Below are positions 46,301-56,300 of a stretch of 64,000 nucleotides of DNA, in pieces. Origin of the DNA: a virus. The position numbers were made by a program, and so were the translations under genes. The notes under the pieces were generated by a model, which saw only the letters and a list, made by a program, of their open reading frames with translations, was not told where the DNA came from and searched no databases. The stretch covers positions 32,001 through 96,000 of IMG/VR virus record IMGVR_UViG_3300012943_000031, one strand, 5' to 3'. Position 1 is the first letter of the stretch. The number at the start of each line of letters is the position of its first letter.

Positions 46301-49300
46301 CAGGAACATACAAAACTGATGTCATTCCTGATGCACTTCACTCATGTAATGTCATTACGTAATGTGGATTTCGATACATTTATCATCAAACAGAATTACT
46401 CACAGGATGATGATGCTATCCGTGCTGTATCTCCACTTCAAACAAGAGAGAACTATGAATCTATTATCTTCTCTATTGTAAATGATTTCACAAAAGGCTT
46501 CCAGTTAAATACTGAGAGAAAATTCATGAACGGTGACAGAACTTACCTGAATGTATATGAGGCAATGTATAACATCTTCGGAAAAGGTGACAAAGGATTG
46601 ACAGATTTCATGACGACATTTGGTAATGAGGAATTCATTTATGATCCTCAGTACAAGAAATTCTTCTTCAATTCCATGAATTTATTCAAGAAGTTTGATA
46701 CAACTAACCCTTCTGACAGAGAGATGAAAGACTTTTTCACATCTTTAGGTATCAATCTGAATGATAAAATCTACTCAAACGACAATGACAGGAGAGAATT
46801 ACTGAATGTCTACAGAAGAATGAGGGATATTGTATGGGCATTCCACCGTAAAACAGGGGATGACATTACACGTTTATTTGGTACAACTAAGATTACTAAC
46901 TTAGTTGCTCAATGGAAAGCTGCCAAAGATGTAGCAGCAAACCCTCAATTAGAAGGTATGCAACGTTTCATGGCTAACCAAAATCTGATGGATGTTGAGA
47001 TAGAGTTGAATAAATATGTTCGTATAATATTCTCATCTAATCCAGTAGAACAAATGTTGTTCGATGGTAGAGATAGAACTCTTATGATGAAAAATAGTAA
47101 GAACAAAATCTTTGGTGCTAATGAGATGTTATTCCGTCAGTTAGCTAAGATTGAAAAGAATTATCACAAACGTTTCTCATCAGGTTCTATGATTGTTGTA
47201 GACAAACTACAGTTCTCATTCTTCCTACCGAACAATATGATCGTTACAGAAACAATTGTAAATGACCATATCAGAAATATAACTGACTTTGCTAAGTATC
47301 CAGAGGTAGCACACCTTGATCCTGTAATCAATCCAGCAGTACTTAACTCCGTGACATTCAGCAAGATATTTGCACAGGATGGTAGTAAACGTCCTAATAT
47401 GAGATTAGGTGTTTCCAATATCTCTCAGGTATCTGCCATCAATACAGATGAAAGTGTAGAGAGTAAAAGAATGCAGGATTTGAAGGAAGATGAGAAAATC
47501 CTAGTGGATTTCCTTATGATGTTAAGTGAAGGTTCTGCTGAAATCAGAAGACTAGAGACTTCTAATACTGCCTACCGTCTCTCCATACAGGAGACAGAAG
47601 GTAATATGAAAAGGTACATCAAACCTGTTAAGATAACAAGACAGGATAACTTTACCAACCCAACATTCCTATCTATTGTTAGAGGATATATTCAACATGC
47701 TGCATTCAAGTGGCTGTATGACCAAAACCCAGACAATAGAAAGTTAGACGTAAACTATGCTGGTAAGGACACATTAGGTGTATTTGATGAGATGTTACCT
47801 CTATCTGCATCCAAAATCAAGACATTTATTCTTGATAATGGGGGTGATATGAATACCCTTATGGCTCGTATTGAGAAGAAAGATAATGAACTATTCAAAT
47901 CAATTAATAAAGAAATTGTTGAATATTTTGAGGATGTGGCAATAAATAACCCAGACTCATACAAAAATGTATTCAACCAAAAGTTATCAGAGAAAAGTAA
48001 AAATGTACTGACAAACTTATCTAATATCCAAAGTAACAAGACGTTCATAACAACTGATTACTTAGGAAATGTGGATGATTACTTATTCCGTGACTTCATT
48101 GCTAATGACTTTATCATGGCAATGGAAGATGCTATCCTATTCTTTGGAGACTATACATACTATAAAGACCCTATCAAGAGACGTAAAATCATTGGTAACA
48201 ATGGTTCTATCAATATCGTGGATGGTATTATCTCTGATGCCATATCAGCACAAAAAGCTGTCAACTCAGTTACTGGTATTTACCAGAAAGCTAAGGGTGT
48301 TACGTCTGAGAAAGATAATAGACTAGTTAGAAAAACTGTAGTTAGTGATGTCAAAATGAACAGTAAATTACTGAACAGAAATGACAAAGGTGAGATGGAA
48401 ATGGCTGTTAAAATCCAGATGCTTAGAAAGCAATTATATGGAAAAGATGTGCCATTAGATCAGATTGAGGAAGAGAAGAAAGAAACAATTGCTGCCTTCA
48501 CAGATATGGAGGTAGGGGATGCTGCTGCATGGATCAATCTTGACACTTATCGTCAGATGAGAATGAGAGAAATGACATGGGACTTGGATAAAGATGAGAA
48601 TGAATTTTACCGTCAGCAATTAATCCTGAAGGAAAAATTAGGTGACCAATTAACTGAAGAGGAAAGAGACTTTGTTGATCGTGGCCCTTACTCTGGATTT
48701 AATGTGGCTAAATATGCCATGACTGGCCCAGTTTATAGTAATGAAAGTATGCCATTCAAACCCGGCTTTGATAAGATGGGTCTAAGACCACTTCTACCTG
48801 AGATAGATTGGAATAGAGGAACACGTCCTATATTTGAAAATATTATGGAGAAGGACTTGGATTACATGGTATTTGACACAGGTTCTAAAGTATACAAACC
48901 AGCTATATCTAAGGTATTTGCAGGAAATGGTATTAAGAATGTGTTGAATAAAGAGAGTGCTGTTTACTCAGAACATGCTGGTGGTTTCTTCAAATATCAG
49001 CAGAATACAACACAATTAAATGACAAATCTACATTCTCTGTACAGTTACGTTCTATCTTCTACGAAATCATGCTAATCCAGAAACAGAATGGAAATGTAT
49101 CTCCTAACCTGACTAAGGCTTACAATAAAATGATTAAGTCATTGTCAGATTACATTACTATTAACTCATCACGTTCTCTAACTGAGATGGGATTAGATAT
49201 TAATGGTAAGATCAGAGATCGTTCTACCTTCATTAACTATCTGAAAGCCAGATTGTTAGATATAGGTGGTGTGGATGAACAGTTGATTGATTTACTAAAC

Positions 49301-52300
49301 ATGAATAATAATGGAGAGTTATCTACATATCTTGAGGCTCTACCATTCCAGAAAAATATTATAGACATAATCTCAGGTGTTGTTGATGACAATTTCCGTA
49401 AGATCAAATTAAATGGTACTAAATTCTACCAGTCTCCTGAGATTGGAACAACTATTACTGCTAAGAAAATAGAAGATTTACCTGCTGACCAGAGAGGTAC
49501 AGTAGAATTGAAGTGGCATGATCTGGAGATCGTGGATGGGAAAGTTATTTCTACAACTCCTGTGGAATGTAAAATTAACTTCCGTAATCAATTCCGTCCT
49601 CTTCTGAATATGAAGCACAGAGATGGTGAAAGAATTGGTACACTGAAGAGATTAAATGAGGCTATTCAGGATTCTGAGTGGGTAAGAAGTAACCACGAAT
49701 CTATTACATTTATTGGTGTACGTATCCCATTACAGGATATTAACTTCTCATCTCATGTAATTGTAAAGGAGTTTCTCCCCGAAACAGTTGGAGATATGAT
49801 TATTATGCCACCAGAATTCTATAAACAAACTGGTTCGGATAATGATATTGATACTGTAACAGCAACATTCAAATATCTGGATGAAACAGGTAGACCTGTA
49901 AAACGTCCAACAGAAGAGTTTACTGATATTGTAAACAGAATCAATGAGTTATCTACAGAAATGACTGGTACAGTAAACGTAGTAGATAATAGTGGACTGG
50001 AAGATCAACTACAAACTATTAAACAACAGTTCATTGATAACAATATTTATGTGAACAAACAGTCAGGTCTGGATGTTATGGATAGAGAGTTCACAATAGT
50101 AGAGATTGACGGTTTCCGTACTCTATCTGGATTAATGGATAAGAAGTCAGTATTATACAAGATACTGAAAAATGGTGAATACAGTGAACAGGTGGATAGT
50201 GTAATGAACTTTGTTCAGTCATTGAATACTGCATCACGTTCAATCAAGAGTGATAGTAAGAAAGAGTTAGCTTCCCTTATCAAGAAACGTAATAACTACA
50301 TTAAAGGTATCACGAATGATATTGTAAACTCTATTATTGAGTTTATGCAGTCACCTGATAACTTTGATTTCCTAACTGAGACTGACTCAATTACACGTAT
50401 TGGTGAAATTGCTTCTGAAAATATCTCACGTAAGACAGGTAAACCTGTAGATTCAATCAAACTAGGACAGACACAGACATCATTACAAGCTATGAGTTAT
50501 GTGATGAATATTGTGAACCACAAAAACAACTTCGAGGTACGTTCTATCTTAGGTTCTATTGTGAAGTTCCGTTCTATCATGTCATTACTTGATAAGACTC
50601 AGACTGTTCTGAATAAGGAATATATGGGTGGATCAATGATAAACCTACTTAACAAAACTAAAGCACAAACATCTATGGTTGCAGCAGTAGGTAAGAAACT
50701 GGATAAAACATATGGTCGTACTATATATACACCACTTCTATATAAGAAGGATACATCCAGAGGTATTCCAATCAGTATCTATGATGAGAATGGTCAGAGA
50801 ATGACTAAAAATCTATCAATGATTGCATCATCATTACTTGACTTATTCAAGAATATGGACTTGTTCCCATCACTGGGTATTAGCTGGTTAAACGTAAAAC
50901 CACTTATATTCCTGATGGCACAGGGTGTTCCTATGGAAAGAGCCATCATGTTCCTGAATACTCCTATTGTACAAGAGGTTCAGAGAGAATTAGATATGCT
51001 AGGTTCAGATGCCAGAGACAGACATGCCTTAGTATCTATGGCACAGAAATTCTCAGGTGATGATATATTTGCTATGTCTGATACTGTAACAGGATTTCCC
51101 GGACAAAATAAATATAGAGTTAAGACTGAGGAAAAAGGTAGAGAGATAATTGATAAAATGATGGGTAGACCGGGTAAAGCTGCTGAAGCTTACTTAGGTG
51201 GTAAATACTTATCATTCAGTGAGGAACAAATGATTGATTTTACCAAAGCATACAACTCATACCTAAATGATCCTCAACGTTCTCAATATACAAAAACATT
51301 AGAGGCATTCCTACGTGCTAACCCATCCTACAATGAGATTGCCAGAGATATGACTGCATATTATGGTACTTTATTAGAGGATGGTGACATCTTCTACGCA
51401 TACTTTGTTAAGGGATTATCACGTAATTCTGCAAAACTAAACAGTGACTCTGCAATAGCTTCTGCAAAAGCAGTAAAAACTGCACGTCAGGCTACACAGA
51501 TAGCAAACCCAGAATTTGAGGAAAGATTAGAGAATGAATCAACTCACTCTCCATTCTTCAAGGATGCTATTATCCAGAATGTATTGGCTAATACAATGCC
51601 GGAGATACTGGATAACCCAGACATTTACTTCAAGACTAATTTCCGTAAAATGATTGAGAGTATAACCTCTCAGACATTTGGTACATCTGAAGATAAGAGA
51701 AAGGTAGAAATGAGAGTGTTATCAGACTTCATTGAGATGATATATAAGAACTTCTTTATCCTGAAAACATCTAATACTAGGGGTAATACCTTATATGAAT
51801 ATTTCCAAAATGATGTAACACCTCTACTTGGGCCATTAATGCATGGTGTAGACAACTACAAGAAATTCATAGATGAGTTCACAAAACAGAAGGAAGCTAT
51901 CCTATCTGAGGACACAAAGATTGAAAGTTTATTCTCTGAGAGCTTATTTGGTAATCAGATTGATCTATTCCGTGCTAAATACCCAGAATTACGTGCCATC
52001 AAACTGGTAGACGAATTACTTAGTAAGAAAGAGCATGGTAGAGACCCTCAGAAAGAGAACAATCTTGAATGGAAAGATGTGATGAATATGTTATCCCAGT
52101 CTTATATTCTGGTAAATATGTCAACAAATCCTAATGAGAAAGAAGCTGAAGAACAGGTTATGAGAGATGAATGGAAGAAGTTGGTTGAGTTCAACATAGC
52201 TCAATTCCCATCTATTGAGGCTGAAATAGCACAAGCAGGTGAGGAAAGGATTAACTTCTACCAGAATAAAGATAATATCGTGGAAATCAGAAGATTCTTC

Positions 52301-52855
52301 GAGTTACTGGCATACTATTCTCTAGCCCAATCTTCACATATTGATAAGTCTCGTGCATCATTCTCATATCTTGCACCACCTCATATCATCAAAACTGTCG
52401 TACAACAGTCCATCGATAACTTCAATAGGTACATTCAAACTGCCGGAAGTATGTTTGATAATCTGGGTACAGGTAATGAGGAAGGTAGAAAGAAAGCAAT
52501 TGATGGTCTACTGACTAAATTTGAGAAGATGTTCAAGGATATGAATGGTGAATTGAAATGGCAGAATCCTGTACAATCAAAACCAGCAGCTACAGTTGCT
52601 CCATCTATTGAAGAAGGAGATGAATTGTGGGGTACTGAAGATGCCATTATGAATAAAAAGAGACCTAAAGAGGGGCCGGGATTACCATATATGAAATCTC
52701 ATACAGGTAAACTGTACTCTAAAATTGAAGATAATACCATTGATTTCTTCAAACAGAAGTTGGCTAAGGAAGCTGATATTAAACTAGAGGCTATTAACAA
52801 CTTCAAAATTCAAATGTTTAATAATGAGGGAGACCCTCTAAATTGTAGTGCATAA
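43379..52855 (+). CDS. Virion RNA polymerase (crAss-like single subunit) with N-terminal PD-(D/E)XK and zincin domains
   Basis: RIP motif followed by GSDNDID (DxDxD at 49838-49852); HEGWH at 44978; GELDLI...IDIKT...QVAVY. Confidence 0.85.
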   Translation: MLMICALNKTQKEATLKLLGRLVTVNQVSSPEEILKNVYHVIYESFVKKDMQKDAQQYSFAMTQYAADNLYLILDPKDEGLRELVSKVLGTYSQFSIENIEKFKNEEELRKLLGLTERKLENIPSTVSRESVSTHLENIGKQFTPIKEKVGYVRSNMLNAPIWKFPIAKTKDGTPIKLASVSDFLNKATIKNVVPADNLRTRAGTLTDSVIRKFFRNPVTYEQFQKNMLTDKEFVESFKRFSENTSIPKTEGTTPILNRYMDDYLNDMMYAINFIQSNYQDAYITDLGTIIDNSSLSQEEKKKFYIYSAEIGLRGELDLIAIKPDGTFTVIDIKTTDGYNTPTQESKHGKQVAVYDMIMQTVTGLKSSGNHDVIYLTTFMNNPTIVMGKKGNVGNYKISISGYEKKSFKNSHPELLQKEINAYKQQIDSIYQKTAPIKDDSSDVKPFNPFSPINFGRGRIKPGDKGLKMSFSPNDKLSTRESLQAGKAWLQSVFPELGDAGVQIMKIANSPVGGEFFIDVIKLYEKSNEGVAYHEGWHRFTQLYMTKREKTNLYDKVKGEGIEFTTRDGRTLNTEDADFYDIEEFMAEEFRKYAQNPSAYTFPKGNPAPKSWFKKIWAAIKAIAQWFKSNGSFSYNDLFNELYTGTFNKTNFSVNNAIFTHMNSFFVDSATGKDTVLDNITFLKFRDFTDYTLGQYLSVNDITVTDLLTTEGLKELNELVKQTLINKKNQLDITRSDLKNEIDATEDESVKERMKASDESLKFYQDALNTILEQNGNEDFIKFADFMRAYFKTSQYQSLRKFVGKNQEIVNQIVNEESLADFEKEEEVGEELDDMDNKPEESSDYEYNRSGNEKEAIKNAKDELKDFFAAIPRHKNADLVSESDPSLYEYDKGGLPVTLSKQEAFYKTLRVLQGSLTLSNIINRLNDPNNYLTFPELLSVKEKLLGSSGNEGLIPKLQRLSTSMMAGSATRDEVQEHTKLMSFLMHFTHVMSLRNVDFDTFIIKQNYSQDDDAIRAVSPLQTRENYESIIFSIVNDFTKGFQLNTERKFMNGDRTYLNVYEAMYNIFGKGDKGLTDFMTTFGNEEFIYDPQYKKFFFNSMNLFKKFDTTNPSDREMKDFFTSLGINLNDKIYSNDNDRRELLNVYRRMRDIVWAFHRKTGDDITRLFGTTKITNLVAQWKAAKDVAANPQLEGMQRFMANQNLMDVEIELNKYVRIIFSSNPVEQMLFDGRDRTLMMKNSKNKIFGANEMLFRQLAKIEKNYHKRFSSGSMIVVDKLQFSFFLPNNMIVTETIVNDHIRNITDFAKYPEVAHLDPVINPAVLNSVTFSKIFAQDGSKRPNMRLGVSNISQVSAINTDESVESKRMQDLKEDEKILVDFLMMLSEGSAEIRRLETSNTAYRLSIQETEGNMKRYIKPVKITRQDNFTNPTFLSIVRGYIQHAAFKWLYDQNPDNRKLDVNYAGKDTLGVFDEMLPLSASKIKTFILDNGGDMNTLMARIEKKDNELFKSINKEIVEYFEDVAINNPDSYKNVFNQKLSEKSKNVLTNLSNIQSNKTFITTDYLGNVDDYLFRDFIANDFIMAMEDAILFFGDYTYYKDPIKRRKIIGNNGSINIVDGIISDAISAQKAVNSVTGIYQKAKGVTSEKDNRLVRKTVVSDVKMNSKLLNRNDKGEMEMAVKIQMLRKQLYGKDVPLDQIEEEKKETIAAFTDMEVGDAAAWINLDTYRQMRMREMTWDLDKDENEFYRQQLILKEKLGDQLTEEERDFVDRGPYSGFNVAKYAMTGPVYSNESMPFKPGFDKMGLRPLLPEIDWNRGTRPIFENIMEKDLDYMVFDTGSKVYKPAISKVFAGNGIKNVLNKESAVYSEHAGGFFKYQQNTTQLNDKSTFSVQLRSIFYEIMLIQKQNGNVSPNLTKAYNKMIKSLSDYITINSSRSLTEMGLDINGKIRDRSTFINYLKARLLDIGGVDEQLIDLLNMNNNGELSTYLEALPFQKNIIDIISGVVDDNFRKIKLNGTKFYQSPEIGTTITAKKIEDLPADQRGTVELKWHDLEIVDGKVISTTPVECKINFRNQFRPLLNMKHRDGERIGTLKRLNEAIQDSEWVRSNHESITFIGVRIPLQDINFSSHVIVKEFLPETVGDMIIMPPEFYKQTGSDNDIDTVTATFKYLDETGRPVKRPTEEFTDIVNRINELSTEMTGTVNVVDNSGLEDQLQTIKQQFIDNNIYVNKQSGLDVMDREFTIVEIDGFRTLSGLMDKKSVLYKILKNGEYSEQVDSVMNFVQSLNTASRSIKSDSKKELASLIKKRNNYIKGITNDIVNSIIEFMQSPDNFDFLTETDSITRIGEIASENISRKTGKPVDSIKLGQTQTSLQAMSYVMNIVNHKNNFEVRSILGSIVKFRSIMSLLDKTQTVLNKEYMGGSMINLLNKTKAQTSMVAAVGKKLDKTYGRTIYTPLLYKKDTSRGIPISIYDENGQRMTKNLSMIASSLLDLFKNMDLFPSLGISWLNVKPLIFLMAQGVPMERAIMFLNTPIVQEVQRELDMLGSDARDRHALVSMAQKFSGDDIFAMSDTVTGFPGQNKYRVKTEEKGREIIDKMMGRPGKAAEAYLGGKYLSFSEEQMIDFTKAYNSYLNDPQRSQYTKTLEAFLRANPSYNEIARDMTAYYGTLLEDGDIFYAYFVKGLSRNSAKLNSDSAIASAKAVKTARQATQIANPEFEERLENESTHSPFFKDAIIQNVLANTMPEILDNPDIYFKTNFRKMIESITSQTFGTSEDKRKVEMRVLSDFIEMIYKNFFILKTSNTRGNTLYEYFQNDVTPLLGPLMHGVDNYKKFIDEFTKQKEAILSEDTKIESLFSESLFGNQIDLFRAKYPELRAIKLVDELLSKKEHGRDPQKENNLEWKDVMNMLSQSYILVNMSTNPNEKEAEEQVMRDEWKKLVEFNIAQFPSIEAEIAQAGEERINFYQNKDNIVEIRRFFELLAYYSLAQSSHIDKSRASFSYLAPPHIIKTVVQQSIDNFNRYIQTAGSMFDNLGTGNEEGRKKAIDGLLTKFEKMFKDMNGELKWQNPVQSKPAATVAPSIEEGDELWGTEDAIMNKKRPKEGPGLPYMKSHTGKLYSKIEDNTIDFFKQKLAKEADIKLEAINNFKIQMFNNEGDPLNCSA

Positions 52856-53313
52856 TGAGTTGTTCAAAAGATTCTGCTGCTAAGTACCTGATAGACAAGA
52901 ACTTAGTTAAGCCAAACATGGAATTATACTCACCCATCCCTTCAGACAGATTGTTAGATACCATTGAGTATCTGACAAATCTGGCTAAGAATAAGTATAA
53001 AGTGGATATGGGAGAGTTATTTAAAATAAGACATAGGGACGTACAGGTAGGTAGCTATATCCTACTTGGAAATGCCTCCACAGTAACCAAAGCACGTCTG
53101 GAAGCTAATGATGCTGCCTTTGATGCCATAGATTTGGCAAAACAACAGACAGACTGGGTAGAACAGAGAGAGATAGAGGAGAGACGTACAAAGGAACAAA
53201 AGAGTGTAGAGATTGAGTATCAACAGATTCAGGAAGAAGGAAACTACATAGTTTCTGAGGATGGAGAAATACAAGTGCCATCATATCTTCCTAAAATTAA
53301 TGTGAGATGTTAA
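52855..53313 (+). CDS. Hypothetical protein
   Basis: 152-aa ORF, TAATG-coupled. Confidence 0.65.
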   Translation: MSCSKDSAAKYLIDKNLVKPNMELYSPIPSDRLLDTIEYLTNLAKNKYKVDMGELFKIRHRDVQVGSYILLGNASTVTKARLEANDAAFDAIDLAKQQTDWVEQREIEERRTKEQKSVEIEYQQIQEEGNYIVSEDGEIQVPSYLPKINVRC

Positions 53314-53349
53314 TTCTCTAAGTGACTAAAAATCAATTATATTTGCATA

Positions 53350-56300
53350 ATGGAATGTAGTTTAAATAAAGAGAAAATTAAGCAGGGGATAACTGAGACA
53401 GCTAAGTTACTTCTTGAACCTACAGGATTATTTATCATAGAGGACAATAAAGTTATTGGTAATAATAATTCTGTGGCAAGTAAAGTTAGTCTTACTCCTG
53501 AACAGCAGACAAAAATAGAGGAATCTAAAAAGTATGCTGATGAGGTGGATGTTGTCTATCGTCAAGGTTTTCTGGATAATCCTGAAGACTTCCTAAGACA
53601 TATTGCCCTACAAGCTAATTCATCTGCCTCAGAACAGGAAGGTGCTTTAGGTATGGCAGGGTATGAACTGTTTGATTTGGCATTAGAATTATTCCCTGAA
53701 GAAGGTAAACTAAACCCTGAAGAACAGGCTATAAAGGATATTAATAAAGAATTTAGAGATGAGGTAATACTACAGACATCACCTAATCACTGGGTAATTG
53801 CTCCAAGTGATGAGTTAGCCATGCAATATTTAATGGCTCAGACAGGTTCTGCTGAACAAATTATGGAAGATTTACGTAATAGTTATCTTTCCCAGTTCTC
53901 ATCTACATCCCTAAACTTAATGGATGAAAACCTGTGGCTTAATCATCCGGCTCTCCAAGATGCCACAACACAACGTCTCTTAGAATTTGCTAAGAAAATT
54001 AACCCAGATTTCCGTGTTATTGTTACAGATGAGTTAGATCAAAATGCTGTATCCTTAATCCGTGATAATATAATCTTCATTCGTCAGGGTTCAATTATCT
54101 CAGAATTACCTGAGGAAATATCCCACTTCTTCTTTGAATTACTTCCTGATGACCATCCTCTGAAAGTAGAGATGATGGAAAAGATCGTAGATTTTCCTAT
54201 CTACTTAGAAACATACCACAAATATAAGAATGATACTGCCTATCAGGTAAACTCACGTGTTGATATTCAGAAGATTAAAAGAGAAGCTTCTGCTAAATTG
54301 ATGGGTGAATATATCAAAGCTGCCTACCAAAATAAGGCTGATGAAAAGTATGGTAAAAAGAGAGGTTGGTTACGTGACATGATCCACAAGATTATGAAGT
54401 TCCTGAGAAAGGCTTTCGTAACTACTTCAGCCCCAGTATATTCTGAACCTGAGTTTGATATTAACTCCCCATTCCGTCAGGCTGCAAGTGAAATCATAGA
54501 TAAAGATATTACCAGCCTTAACCTAAAGAAAATCCCAAGTATATATGATTCTATCTTCTTCTCAAAAGTAGAGGATGAAATCCCGGAAGGATACGAGGCA
54601 TCAGATATTGCCAAATCTCTATATGAGTTCTCCCAACAGTTAAAAAGACAGGTTACTAAAACCTTCTTCACTTACGTTAAGAAGGAGAACATGAAGGGAC
54701 TGGAGGAATTGCTCCAAGACCCAAGTAACAAAAACTATAATAGAATCTGGGACATCATTAATAGATTAGATGATTCTGGTAGAATTGTTATGGAGATGAT
54801 GGATACAGGAGGTCGTGATTTAATCTCTATGACTAGAGCTACATCTGCTTTAGCAGAGGCTTATAGAGAAATGGAACATATCCCTGAGGCTATCAGTAAG
54901 GTTCTTGATAAGGTAAAGAATGATGGTACTGAAGAACAGATAATTAATAACATCACTGAGCTACAGGCATATTTCCAGTTTTCAGATACATTCAAGAAAA
55001 TAACAGATGAGTTCGTACAATTGTTGAGTTTTCTACGTGAAAATTATCCAGTAAAAAGAGAGGCAAATCTCATATATGATAGGATGATTGAGAAGATGGG
55101 TACAACTGAGTTGAGATTTAAGGTTGTAGATGAGAAGATTATGAAGGCTCTTCAAGCTCATATCATAGATGTTACCCATAAATGGACAGATAAAGCATTC
55201 TCAAAATACAGAGGTGAGATAAATGAACTACATGATTCCTTAGACCATCAGAAGCTAAAGAATAATGTAGCTAAACTCATTACACAAAGAATTACAGGAT
55301 TAGAACAGATCAAACAAGCTGTTACTGGAAACTTCCCACTAGCAAAAGATTTAATGTTAGCTGATGGAACTAAGGTAGATATTAGTAAGATCAAGGATAT
55401 GTCACAGATTGATTACGTGATATTCATGTTCTCATCTCCTACATTGATAAGTGACCCATTCATCTCTAGCCTAATGGCACATTTTACTGATAAGTATGTT
55501 GCTGCTATGGTTAAGGGCCAAAGAGAGGCCAAAATATTTGCTGATAGTATATTACCTATCAAAAAAGAACTGGCTGATATGGGTGTTGGTTGGTATGAAG
55601 CTGAGGAAGCTATCCAGAATGTTCAGTCATTCTATGACCAATCACTGGAAGATAAAGAAACTAAGAAAAGAGTATTCCTTTCCCAGACTAATCGTTTTGA
55701 TTTCCAATATCAGAGACAATTACGTTTAGAAGAAATGAGAAATGCTGCCAGAGATATTGATAAACTACAGGCAGAGTTTCGTAATGTTGAGACTACAGAG
55801 GAAAGATCAACGGCCTTGAAAGCTCTAATCCCAACTAAACAGAAGGAATTACAGGATAAAAGAGATGACTATGACAAGTTCTTAGATGACTGGTCACATC
55901 GTCCATTTACCCCTGAATACTACAGACTTCAGAAAATGCTGAAGGACAATAGGAAAGATACGCCTACTCTGAGAAGATGGAAGGAAATTAACAGACAATT
56001 ATTGATCCTAGAAGAAATGCAGTTCATGGCTGTAGCATATGAAGCTACAATAAATGACAGTCGTTATGACCAAATTACTCTTGAAATTGCCACATTACAG
56101 AATGAAAAACTAAGATTACAGGATCAAATCCCTCAATCTGAAAAATCTACTATAGATGCATTAAATGAGATATATGAAGTAGATGAGGTGGCAACATCAC
56201 GTTTACGTCAGGCTCACAAAAACAAATGGACAAATGCCTACGTACAGGCTAGAACAGAGGAAGGTAGTCCAAGAAGTAAACAACAACTGGAAGACTTTGC

